In this document: positions 11,601 to 20,129 of the stretch, piece after piece | Layout of the letters: the number at the start of each line of letters is the position of its first letter | How positions within the stretch are numbered: the stretch's first letter is position 1 | Made by a program: the position numbers and the translations under genes | Assembly: GCA_964358315.1 (NCBI GenBank) | Contig: CAYHOF010000001.1 | Coordinates: forward strand, 39,916-103,915 | Length of the DNA stretch: 64,000 bases | Direction: 5' to 3' | Source: an uncultured Methanosarcinales archaeon | GTDB lineage: Archaea; Nanobdellota; Nanobdellia; Woesearchaeales; ARS49 | Notes under the pieces: model-generated | What the model saw: only the letters and a program-made list of their open reading frames with translations | The model's database searches: none | Told to the model about the DNA's origin: nothing

Positions 11601-14600
11601 CAGCTGCGCGTTCAAGGGCGAAGGAGGACAGAAGCTGAGCGTCGGCTATTCAAGCGGCGGCGCGCCACCCTGCCAGTCGACCATCACGTTCGACAAGGTC
11701 ACTGGCATCACGAAGATAGAATGCTACAATGAGAAAGGACCTGGGGGCACGTTGCGGCCTGCGACGCCCGAAGAGCAGCTCGCGGTGCGCTCCATCTTCA
11801 ACGCCAAGTACGCGGACAAGTCCACGTTGCCGACGACCAACACGGTCAATCTCGACGTGAGCTTCGGCGACAAGGGCATCAAGGAGATCTACCTGGACTA
11901 CATCAACAAGCACAAGGACGACAAGGAGTTCACGCTCGACGAAAAAGTCGCGCTCAGCGGACCTGACAAGGTCTCGTGCGCCGGCCTGCACCCCGCGAAC
12001 CCTGAATGCTGCGGCTACGAATACTACAAGGAATGGGGCAGCGCGTGCGGCATCCCCGGGGTCTTCGAGACGTTCGACGAGCTCAAGGAAAGTTCGTGCC
12101 TCGCGGCGCAGAACGCCAACCAGATCGGCGACTTCGAGCGCGCGAGCGGCAAGCAGTGCAAGAGCCTCTTCAACGCGGTTGCGGGCTTCTGCGAGCCCGA
12201 CAGCGGCCAGCCTGTCGGTGAGGACCTGCGCACCACCATCCGCTACCATCCCGACTACCAGAACACGCTCGCCTCGCCCGACCTCAACGAGATATACGTC
12301 CGTATCGAGCCGGTCGGGCCTGACAACGACCAGTGGCTCATCGCGCGCGGCTACATCAGCAAGACCGTCGTGCGGCAGCAGACCACCGACCCTGCCAAAC
12401 TCGCCAAGATCGAGCGCGAACAGACGGTCGCCGAGCGGCTGCGCGCGAGCAAGCAGACGACGGACCCCAAGAAGTTCCACCTCAACGCAGACCTCGAGTT
12501 CGTGCCGGACGAGGATGGCGACCTCACGCCGTTCTTCACCGAGGCCGCTTCCGCGTCCAACCCCGAACTCGCGCAACAAGTGCGCGACCTCAAGCCCGGA
12601 CAGATACCGCCAGGATTCGCCGTCGCGCTCTGCAGGCACGCCGTCAATCCCGCCGAGTGCGCGGGCGCGCCCGCACGCCGCGTCTATGCGGACATAAAAT
12701 CACGCATCGGCGTGAGCGACAAGATCTACATCGTGCGTCCTGACCGGGACGGCATCCTGCGCAGCACGCAATGCATGTGCCTGCCAGCGGTCACGAGCTA
12801 TCTCACATTCTGGAAGAACGTGCTTGGCGCGGTGCGCAACTGCTTCCAGACCGTGCGCGTGACAGGCGACGCGTCGGCCGGCGTGTGCCAGGCGGTGCTG
12901 AGCCAGTACGTGTGCGACATGCTCTTCGACGTCATGTCCTGCTTCACACAGAAATACAGCACGCCGGGCGCCGGCGCATCGTTCGGCGGCCGCGGCGGCA
13001 TCGGCGACGTGCTCGGCGCGCTCAGCAAGGCAGGCGGCGACATGCAACAAAGCATCAACTCGCGCTACGGCGACACGGCGCTCTGGCGCAGCATGTTCGT
13101 CGAGCGCAAGCTCGTGCACAGCATCTGCGCGTTCGCGTTCACCGGCACCTGGGACCTTGACGTCGCGGGCGTGTTCAAGCAGACGGTGCAGGACATCCCG
13201 CTCAAGAGCCAGGCATTCCTCTACCCTGCCGAGCGGCGCTTCATCAGCTACAACCCGATCACGCGCCCAAGCGGCCTGCCCACGTTCACCTACCACTTCG
13301 GCGTCGGCCTCGTCGCAGGCCAGGACTTGCGCTACCAGCTCGAACTCAAGTGCAGCAACAACCTGCGCTGCGAGCCGCGCGACGGCTTCGAGAACGGCAA
13401 GTGCGACTGCACCGGCCGCACCGAACAGCGCATCCTCGTCGGCGCGCCAGAACTCGGCAGCGGCTCGCTCAAGAAGAACGACATCCTCAACACCGAAGTG
13501 TTCTACACCATCCAAGGCGGCGACCCGGCGAGCGCGGTGCGTTACGACACCGCCATCCTGAGCTGGGAAGCGCTCGACCCAGGCAGCGGCCAGGTCACGC
13601 GCGACAAGAAGGAGATACCGATCCACCTCATCGGCTCGCGCCCGCCCAACTTCTGCCGCTTCGACCCGATCGGGCTCGCGTTCCGTTGCGACATCGGCAT
13701 CGGCGACTACACCGGCGCGCGCTTCATCCCGCCGATCATCGCATCCTACCCGCAGGCGCAGGACGCCTTCATCATCAACGACGAGATGACGTTCAAGGTC
13801 CCGGTGCTGCTGCAATACCCGCAGAGTCTCAAGGACCAGGCTGCCTGCATCGGCGCGTGCCCGTACACCAAGTTCATCAATTACGAAGTCAAGAACCAGC
13901 TCGGCCAGCCCATCATCGAACTGCGCAAGCCCGACGAAGTGGGCCGCAGTTCGCAATTGCGCGTCGAGAAGAACGGCGACGACACGCTCACGATCAGGCT
14001 CAATACGGGCGGCAGCAGGCGGATCAAGAAGTCCGATTTCGGCTTCACGTCCACCGCCGCGAGCCCGGTGCGGTTCGTGGATTCCGAGAGCGCACGCTTC
14101 ACCACGCCGCGCCCCACCTCGCCGCTCCAGATCGGCGTCATCCTTGTCGTGACAAAGACAGCTGCCGGCAGCTACAAGTGGGAATTGTTCGACACCGTCA
14201 ACGACGGCGAGAAGGCCGGCTCGACCGAGTCCAGCTACATCGAGCGCGCGCCTGACAAGGAAAGCAGCGGCCAGTGGGGCTGGTACCGCAAGGGCGCAGC
14301 CAGACCTGAAGGCAGCGGCCAGCTCGTGCAAGGCGACACGGTCACGACCAAGAACCCCGAGATCACGTTCAAAGTCCCGCCTTCCTTCGACCTCAAGCGT
14401 CCGGCCGAGTACTACCTGCCTGCCACGCCGATCACGGGAGCCATCGATGACATCTGCCAGAAGCTCGGCACGACGCCCGCGAAATGGAAGGTCACGTTCA
14501 AGATGTTCGACAGCACGCAAGTCGCGGGCGGCACGGCGTACGAGTACAACCCTGCCCAGCCCACCGTCGACCCGTCCTCGGGCGAGGTGCAGGAGCAGAC

Positions 14601-16281
14601 CGTCGAATTCAACGTGCTGTGCAGCGACAAGTACGTGGGTGGCGGCGGCGCGATACGCGAATGCCCGCCCAACAGCGCGCTCCAATTGACCGGCACGCAG
14701 TGCTTCTGCGGCGGGCCTGCCGAACTCGCACAGGCACGTGAGACGCTCAAGACCGACCCGCAAGCGCCGATCCTCAACTGTGGCGAAGGCGCGCCAGTGC
14801 AGCCAGGCGGCCTCTACTGTGTCTATAGGGACGAGGCAAACCCCTCTGCGGGACGCTACTGCAGCAACACGCCAGGAAGCGGCAGCGTCACGACCGGCGG
14901 TCAGACGTTCGCGCCCGCGAAGGTGACGTACTCGTCGAAGGCGCGCGAGACGAGCGCGCTGCAAGTCACCGACGTGACATCGACCATCGCATCGGAAACG
15001 TTCGAGCTGATCCCCAACAAGTACGCGCTGGTCTACGAGTACCGCCGTGCGGACCTCCCCTCAGGGACGTACTCCGCGACCGCGACCCTTGACGGCGCGC
15101 CCCTGACAGTGCAGGTCGGCACCAACGACCCGACCAAGATCATCTTCACCATCGACCTCGTCGAATCCTTGGGCCGGATCCCGGTGGGGCCGGGCGGCTT
15201 GCACACGGTCGTGCTGGGCATGTCGCGCGACCGCTCCCCGATCGGCAAGGGGCCGGAATTCCACTACACCATCGTTTCGCCCGTGCGGCTCGAGCATCGT
15301 GACGTGTGCCAGTCGTGCGCCGCCATCGACGCGTACCTGCGCGGCATCCTCACGTTCTCCTACGACGATGAACCGACCGACGACCTTTCCACGGGCGTGT
15401 CGCACAAGCTCGTCATCGCAGGCCAGGAATTCCCCAACTTCGATGTGACGAGCGAGTCGAGCAAGACCTCCTTCAAAGGGTATGTTGATGCGTACCTCTT
15501 CCACCTCAACGCGGTCGGCGCCACGGGCGGCGCGTCGTCCAGCCCGCCTTCATCCACGACGCCGTCGACAGGTTCGTCCCCGTCCACGTCCCCTTCGACC
15601 ACCACGCCATCCACCACCACGTCAAGCACGCCCACCATCAATCCATCATTCTGGTATTACCAGTCCGCGAGAGTGTACCAGAGCGGCGTGACGCCCGAGT
15701 TCGACCCTGACACGCGTTCTTCGACGCTGACCACGTTCGACACCGTGCAAGAATGGTGGCCCTCTGCCTACGACATCAACCTGGTCTATCCTGCCAGCGC
15801 GCTCAGCGGCATCGCGTCGGTCGCGGTGCGGCTCGACAGCAGGCCGCCCGTGCCTGCGGTGCTGAGCCCGCGTGATGCCAACATCATCGTCTACGAACGC
15901 GCAGGCGTGCCCTTCTCGCTCGTCCAGGAACCGGACGTCATCCATACCCTGTCGTTCGACTTCAAGGACGCGTCAGGAACGGTGGTCAAGCGTTCGCCCA
16001 CCATCCGCTTCAAGGCAGTGCCTCCTGCCGTCGTCAAATGCAGGCAGGACGATGCGGCATGCGGTCTTGCGCGCCAGACCATCCAGGCACAGGACCCGCC
16101 CGATGACCTGCACAAGGTCATCATTTCCACCAGCGTCCCGCAGGGCGAGCACCCCACGATATTCCTGCTCGGCCACGAATGGAGGCCGTTCGACCATGCG
16201 ACGCAAAGCGACCAGGTCGCGCGGCTCTACGACGAACAGTATTACCCGTACGCGCAGAGCGTGGGCATCGCGACGGCATAG
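8695..16281 (+). CDS. Giant secreted surface protein (2528 aa): FN3/Ig-like N-terminal repeats, Cys-rich core, duplicated C-terminal module
   Basis: Signal peptide. Two W-T-T-(D/N)...Y-G...H-x-(L/V)...Y FN3-like domains and several A-x-D-x-A-G Ig-like repeats. Many Cys. Ser/Thr/Pro linker near 15520-15640. Confidence 0.85.
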   Translation: MRRLLLVVLLVLCATGVSALTISHDPNPVAEVGNDYFVVEWTTDVAAISNIGYGTTTPPQQQRQTNTLVTTHRLRVDALAPGTEYFFQILAVAQGQSKIDNNNGQYYRVITGAGADTAPPLITNVTITKPDDVSAIVRWTTNEPASTLAWYGIGATTTAAQGQGPSTTHEVRLQTQRNQLYQVIVGSCDRFRNCANSTSVGFYSGVGALPLNVSIPAATKTGRVDIRGTTVVGAQVRVIVNDNPARALIVGADGSFLFSDVDMPTPTTAVIVTARDASGTTQQQQFSVVADSVPPIFTLAQPIPDYTADPILTLSGTVNEPVTITFGIVQQGAAPPRVSGLRASRITQNTVELEWTLIRDVTHYAVYRNAVRVGVVSAPRFSDSVSSGVQYKYKVTAIGATCQEGPGAETDVTTASGGLLVNQTPTETPLVCGPERQSITATGPFNIPIRLQEGQNRVVIEATDRAGNVVRIVNITTVDTKPPQILEHNLNQLSPTYTSSVEVKGRLNKQGTVLITVNKDKPIVVLTDRNGSFSKEISLSRDPTLKTTKSPISVSGETAEGWINQVTLEASDAAGRKVSVGPLPIIYSLCGFGSTFSIELGKPLPDVLTPRLILQGVQQAGFSLNASYRGGRQLSRPGTVTIRKLTLSATELKKYDHDWINLAFLNNPRKPTEGFVQLTFVPQQTNRGTRNVSLSKLEEGLSDHRKGECKVPGFGCVRMLLEIEVRAQEKIPKVFGDTRIQRTAEDFILNDVSQRTCVDVELQIDKALLLQKHIPKKFLEASVSFLDSTIEAIDTVVEPMITIGTYTTYGCMAMNAVLYGMFFSERLTCDFASIEAKGPVAAAFEAVIGKGNAIHDVAEVGLCESAFKPTGTTGPTTTIPSSPTPDAAADTQKAYLACKKCQETIARRKALEAKMRVVCDRVACPSAPTLQTYIRDNQKNNPLKQVVLPGLAQVQKPINNVQGLIYRGNSCAFKGEGGQKLSVGYSSGGAPPCQSTITFDKVTGITKIECYNEKGPGGTLRPATPEEQLAVRSIFNAKYADKSTLPTTNTVNLDVSFGDKGIKEIYLDYINKHKDDKEFTLDEKVALSGPDKVSCAGLHPANPECCGYEYYKEWGSACGIPGVFETFDELKESSCLAAQNANQIGDFERASGKQCKSLFNAVAGFCEPDSGQPVGEDLRTTIRYHPDYQNTLASPDLNEIYVRIEPVGPDNDQWLIARGYISKTVVRQQTTDPAKLAKIEREQTVAERLRASKQTTDPKKFHLNADLEFVPDEDGDLTPFFTEAASASNPELAQQVRDLKPGQIPPGFAVALCRHAVNPAECAGAPARRVYADIKSRIGVSDKIYIVRPDRDGILRSTQCMCLPAVTSYLTFWKNVLGAVRNCFQTVRVTGDASAGVCQAVLSQYVCDMLFDVMSCFTQKYSTPGAGASFGGRGGIGDVLGALSKAGGDMQQSINSRYGDTALWRSMFVERKLVHSICAFAFTGTWDLDVAGVFKQTVQDIPLKSQAFLYPAERRFISYNPITRPSGLPTFTYHFGVGLVAGQDLRYQLELKCSNNLRCEPRDGFENGKCDCTGRTEQRILVGAPELGSGSLKKNDILNTEVFYTIQGGDPASAVRYDTAILSWEALDPGSGQVTRDKKEIPIHLIGSRPPNFCRFDPIGLAFRCDIGIGDYTGARFIPPIIASYPQAQDAFIINDEMTFKVPVLLQYPQSLKDQAACIGACPYTKFINYEVKNQLGQPIIELRKPDEVGRSSQLRVEKNGDDTLTIRLNTGGSRRIKKSDFGFTSTAASPVRFVDSESARFTTPRPTSPLQIGVILVVTKTAAGSYKWELFDTVNDGEKAGSTESSYIERAPDKESSGQWGWYRKGAARPEGSGQLVQGDTVTTKNPEITFKVPPSFDLKRPAEYYLPATPITGAIDDICQKLGTTPAKWKVTFKMFDSTQVAGGTAYEYNPAQPTVDPSSGEVQEQTVEFNVLCSDKYVGGGGAIRECPPNSALQLTGTQCFCGGPAELAQARETLKTDPQAPILNCGEGAPVQPGGLYCVYRDEANPSAGRYCSNTPGSGSVTTGGQTFAPAKVTYSSKARETSALQVTDVTSTIASETFELIPNKYALVYEYRRADLPSGTYSATATLDGAPLTVQVGTNDPTKIIFTIDLVESLGRIPVGPGGLHTVVLGMSRDRSPIGKGPEFHYTIVSPVRLEHRDVCQSCAAIDAYLRGILTFSYDDEPTDDLSTGVSHKLVIAGQEFPNFDVTSESSKTSFKGYVDAYLFHLNAVGATGGASSSPPSSTTPSTGSSPSTSPSTTTPSTTTSSTPTINPSFWYYQSARVYQSGVTPEFDPDTRSSTLTTFDTVQEWWPSAYDINLVYPASALSGIASVAVRLDSRPPVPAVLSPRDANIIVYERAGVPFSLVQEPDVIHTLSFDFKDASGTVVKRSPTIRFKAVPPAVVKCRQDDAACGLARQTIQAQDPPDDLHKVIISTSVPQGEHPTIFLLGHEWRPFDHATQSDQVARLYDEQYYPYAQSVGIATA

Positions 16282-16284
16282 ACC

Positions 16285-17085
16285 ATGAAGACGCTTTTCA
16301 CACCGTTGCAGAAAGCATTCGCAGGCATGCGCAAGCGTCCGGCGCTCGTCGCGCTCGCAATCCTGGTCGACGTGCTCTTCCTCGTGTCATTCGGCTTCGT
16401 GTATGGCTTGTTGTTCGCGGAGACGGCGGACCATCTCGACGCGCTCAACACGATCCTTGCCGAGCAGACCGCGCAGTTCGTCAGCACGCAGGACGCGACC
16501 ACGTTGACAGCAAATCCAGATATCGATCTGCATTACGCGGGCGTGGTGCGCGGCATCGGCCTCATTTTACTCGTCCTCTATATACTGTGGTCGCTCTCGC
16601 AAGGCGTCAACTGGTGGGTCGCGCACACGCTGGAGGAGCGCACCGTGCCCTTCATGCGTTTCATCATGCGGTCCTTCATCGTCAACCTGGCATGGGTGGC
16701 GGTCTTCGTCGCCATCCTCTTCGCCATCGCGTGGCTCTCGCAACAAAGCCTGCTCGCGCCCGTCCCGCTCATCGGTCCCGGCGCCTTCGAGAGCGCCACC
16801 CTCGTCCTTGTCGTCGTCCTGCACTATTTCATGATCGTCTCCTACGCGTACCTCACGCACGCGCGCCCGCTACGCACGGCGCTGTCGCACGCCGTTCGTG
16901 ACGCGCGCCGCTTCGTGCCGGTGTTCATCATGGGCGCGGTCGGCATCATGCTCGCAGGATACCTCATCATCACGATATCCCCCATCAATTACGTGGCAGG
17001 CATCGCGATACTTTTGGTCATCATGCTGCCATGGTTGGCATTGAGCAGGACGTGGGCATCAGCGCTCGCGCATTCGACACCATGA
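16285..17085 (+). CDS. Polytopic membrane protein, paralog of 5901..6671
   Basis: LVDVLFLVS vs FIDALFYLS; SQGVNWW..FMRFIMR vs FQAALWS..ARFMLRY; similar length and TM pattern. Confidence 0.8.
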   Translation: MKTLFTPLQKAFAGMRKRPALVALAILVDVLFLVSFGFVYGLLFAETADHLDALNTILAEQTAQFVSTQDATTLTANPDIDLHYAGVVRGIGLILLVLYILWSLSQGVNWWVAHTLEERTVPFMRFIMRSFIVNLAWVAVFVAILFAIAWLSQQSLLAPVPLIGPGAFESATLVLVVVLHYFMIVSYAYLTHARPLRTALSHAVRDARRFVPVFIMGAVGIMLAGYLIITISPINYVAGIAILLVIMLPWLALSRTWASALAHSTP

Positions 17086-17720
17086 CGACGCTCGACACAG
17101 TGGTGGAAAAGAAGATCAAGCCCATGCTTGACGAGGCCATGCGGCGCTACCTGGGCGTGCGCATCGAGGAGCTCACCACCGACGTGTCGGATCGCCTGCG
17201 CCGCAGCGCGCTCCTCGACATCCCGGTCGACGTGAACGTCCCGTTCAAGAAGGCCAAGCTCGCGTTCAAGAAGAATTACCTCATCCGCCTCTTGCAATTG
17301 CACTTCGGCAACATCGCAGAGGTCGCGCGCCTCTCGGGCGTGGATCGCAGGAGCGTGCACCGTCTCGTGCGCCAAAGTCCGGTGGTGGAACGCGCCCGCA
17401 AGGAACTGCACCGCCGCGACTTCTACGTCTCCGACGAGGTCAGCACCATCATCCAAGAGTCCGCCGAGCATTACAAAGGGTCGCTCGCGCCTGAGAAGTA
17501 CAGGGCATTCTATGACCAGGTGCCCATCATGGGCAAAGTCATCGCCAAGGAACTCCCGCTCGAACTCCCCACGCTCGAGCAGGCGGAACGCGCGTGGGAA
17601 CGCCGCTACTTCGAGGCCGCGCTCAAGGAATTCGGCCCTTCCCCTGTCGCCGTGGCGCGCAAGATAGGCCTGCGGTACGAGACGCTGCACCGCAAGCTCA
17701 AAACGCACGGCATCCAGTGA
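17082..17720 (+). CDS. Protein with two Fis-type (HTH_8-like) helix-turn-helix domains
   Basis: ATGA overlap at 17082. FKKNYLIRLLQLHFGNIAEVARLSGVDRRSVHRLV and WERRYFEAALKEFGPSPVAVARKIGLRYETLHRKLKTHGI both match the NtrC/Fis C-terminal HTH pattern. Confidence 0.8.
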   Translation: MTTLDTVVEKKIKPMLDEAMRRYLGVRIEELTTDVSDRLRRSALLDIPVDVNVPFKKAKLAFKKNYLIRLLQLHFGNIAEVARLSGVDRRSVHRLVRQSPVVERARKELHRRDFYVSDEVSTIIQESAEHYKGSLAPEKYRAFYDQVPIMGKVIAKELPLELPTLEQAERAWERRYFEAALKEFGPSPVAVARKIGLRYETLHRKLKTHGIQ

Positions 17721-17876
17721 GACATCGTTCTGTCGTGCATGAGTTCGTCCATCTCCATGTTCGTCATCGCGCGGTGATTCCTTTTGTCGACGGACGCTAC
17801 AAATTAACTACCGAAGAATTTATATACAATTGCACCATTTTCAAATGACAACAAAATGGGTTGAGGTGTGTTCCAG

Positions 17877-19109
17877 ATGGTTTCCAAGAATGTCATCGTC
17901 GTTCTCGCAGTACTGCTACTCGTAGCGCTCTCGGCATGTTCGGTGCCGCCACGCTCGGGCGCCGCGAAGTCCGCAGATTGCGCGGACCAGGAATCGCTGC
18001 CGGACATCGACGACATCGGCATCGACGAGGGCATCCAGAACGCGGCCGGCGCACTGGGCGACGCCGAGGGCAAGACGACGAACAAGAGCGCGCCCGCGGC
18101 CCAAAGCCCGCTCATCAAGAAAACCGTCACCGAAGGCGACCTTGTCGTATTCCCCAACCTCAACGCCTCGGACCCTGATGGCGACAAGATCACGTTCACG
18201 TTCGAGAAGCCGCTCGACAAGTCAGGCAAGTGGCAGACCAAGGCCGGCGATGCGGGCGAGTATCCCATCACGATCACGGCGAGCGACGGCAAGAACACCG
18301 TCACGCAGAAAGTCCTCATCACTGTCAAGGCCGCGAACAGGGCGCCGCTCATCACAGGTCCCAACGCGATCAACGCCAAAGAAGGCGAGAACGTCGTGCT
18401 CAACCAGGAATTCAACGACCCTGACGGCGACAAGGTCGCGGTCACGTACGGCGGCTGGATGACCGAACCCATCAAGAAGACCACGTTCAACGACGCAGGC
18501 GACCACGACGTCACCGTCAAGGCGTCGGATGGCAAGCTCTCGAGCGTCAAGAACGTCACGGTCAAGGTGGCGAACACCAACCGCGCGCCCGCCATCGGCA
18601 CGCTCACGGCGATCAGCGCCACCGAAGGCGACAAGGTCGTCATCGTGCCGCAAGCAAGCGACCCTGACGGCGACAAGACAAGCTTCATTTTCAGCAAGCC
18701 CCTTGACGACCGTGGCGTCTGGCAGACCAAGGCAGGCGACGCAGGCGCGTACACCGTCAATGTCACGGTCAGCGACGGCGCGCTCACCGACAGCGCATCC
18801 GTCAAGATCACGGTCGCCAAGCTCAACCAGGCACCGCTCATCAGCGGCCTCAGCGACGTCACCGTCGACGAAGGCCAGACCGTCACCCTCAGCCCCAAGG
18901 TCAGTGATCCTGATGGCGACAAGGTCACGCTGGTCTACAGCGGCTGGATGACGAGCGCAACCAAAGCGACCAGTTACGGCGACAGCGGCACGTACGAAGT
19001 CACCCTCACCGCGTCCGACACGGCAGGCAATTCCGCCAAGAAGACGATCAGCGTGACCGTGAACGACCAGAACAGGCCGCCGCAGTTCAACCCTGACGCG
19101 TTCAAGTGA
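17877..19109 (+). CDS. Lipoprotein with four Ig/cadherin-like (NxAP..DPDGD) repeats
   Basis: GAGGTG SD 8 nt before ATG 17877, lipobox-like LSAC, four DPDGDK repeats in A-B-A-B arrangement. Confidence 0.85.
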   Translation: MVSKNVIVVLAVLLLVALSACSVPPRSGAAKSADCADQESLPDIDDIGIDEGIQNAAGALGDAEGKTTNKSAPAAQSPLIKKTVTEGDLVVFPNLNASDPDGDKITFTFEKPLDKSGKWQTKAGDAGEYPITITASDGKNTVTQKVLITVKAANRAPLITGPNAINAKEGENVVLNQEFNDPDGDKVAVTYGGWMTEPIKKTTFNDAGDHDVTVKASDGKLSSVKNVTVKVANTNRAPAIGTLTAISATEGDKVVIVPQASDPDGDKTSFIFSKPLDDRGVWQTKAGDAGAYTVNVTVSDGALTDSASVKITVAKLNQAPLISGLSDVTVDEGQTVTLSPKVSDPDGDKVTLVYSGWMTSATKATSYGDSGTYEVTLTASDTAGNSAKKTISVTVNDQNRPPQFNPDAFK

Positions 19110-19166
19110 ACATTTTTATTGTTCTTTTCTTTCTTCAATAATAACTAGCCAACCGAGGTGTTTTTG

Positions 19167-20120
19167 ATGCAAGACGGACGGATAGACCTTTCTGGACATT
19201 TGAAACCATGCAGTGCGTACAAGGACCTGCCTGGACCCACGATCCTCGCGGCCGGCGACCTCGGAATCTACTTCGTCAATATGGAGAAGTTGTTGGAGGA
19301 CGGCGGCGCATGGGAGAAATTCGGCGACGACTCTCGGCTCATGATCATGCATGCATGTCAGCAATATGAGCAGGTTCCCGGTTTCCGTCAGGTTATCGGC
19401 GTCATGGCAGACCAGATGCGGTATCATCTTACTCGTGCCGTCCAGGGTGAACGCAAGGCGGTCTCCGGTGGCGCACGTCGCGACTGGCTCTTCTCCGGAC
19501 CGATAGCCCACGTGCTCAATCTGCCGCACATCTCGTGCTACAAACAGGAGCCGGGCAAGCCTGACCGTATGGAGTTCGTTCATCCTGACATGTCTGTCGA
19601 TGTAGTTGATACTCTCTCTGGAGTGTACGTCGGCCACGCCGTCGACATGACCACCGAAGGGTCCAGCATCCTCAGAACTGACAAGGACGGCACGCTCAAA
19701 GGCTGGGCTGCCATGATCAGGAACAAAGGCGGACGCATCAACGACGTCGTCGCCGCAGCCACACGCCTACAAGGCGCAGAACAACGCTTGGCACCGTACG
19801 GTCTGCACATCGATGCCTTGGTCAAGATCGACGAAGAGTTCCTGCGCAATCACAGCGCGAACCCTGAAGCCGCAGTCGAATATTTCAAGAATCCGACAGC
19901 ATTCAGCAGGAACTATCTCAAGGAGAACGGTGCATTGGCGTTCGTCAAGGACTTCGATCCTGCAGGCAAACGCGTCGACAAAGCACGCGAGTTCATGAAA
20001 AAGTACGGCAGGTTCCTGGTCGAGATCGACAAGTTCGATGAGCTCGCAACAACCGTTCAACTGACGTACGGCAAGCCCGTCCATGAGATCGTGGGCAAGG
20101 ACGTAGTATTGCATTTGTAG
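19167..20120 (+). CDS. pyrE: Divergent orotate phosphoribosyltransferase-like protein
   Basis: GAGGTG SD. PRPP-loop variant VGHAVDMTTEGSS and C-terminal GGRINDVVAAATRLQGAEQRL resemble OPRT. Adjacent to pyrF. Confidence 0.55.
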   Translation: MQDGRIDLSGHLKPCSAYKDLPGPTILAAGDLGIYFVNMEKLLEDGGAWEKFGDDSRLMIMHACQQYEQVPGFRQVIGVMADQMRYHLTRAVQGERKAVSGGARRDWLFSGPIAHVLNLPHISCYKQEPGKPDRMEFVHPDMSVDVVDTLSGVYVGHAVDMTTEGSSILRTDKDGTLKGWAAMIRNKGGRINDVVAAATRLQGAEQRLAPYGLHIDALVKIDEEFLRNHSANPEAAVEYFKNPTAFSRNYLKENGALAFVKDFDPAGKRVDKAREFMKKYGRFLVEIDKFDELATTVQLTYGKPVHEIVGKDVVLHL

Positions 20121-20129
20121 GAGGTCATC

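Noticed and set aside
12700-14964. 754-aa minus-strand ORF and similar long antisense ORFs (3881-5662, 6752-8752, 22588-23886)
   Set aside because: Shadow frames of high-GC genes; Arg/Ala-rich with no motifs, fully overlapping well-supported CDSs.
15520-15640. Repetitive TCC/ACC/CCG-rich DNA
   Set aside because: Encodes an ordinary Ser/Thr/Pro linker, not a CRISPR array or a discrete tandem repeat.
18160-18930. Recurring GACCCTGA(T/C)GGCGACAAG and TGGCAGACCAAGGC sequences
   Set aside because: In-frame Ig-like domain repeats (DPDGDK, WQTKAGDAG) spaced about 240-250 nt apart, not a repeat-spacer array.
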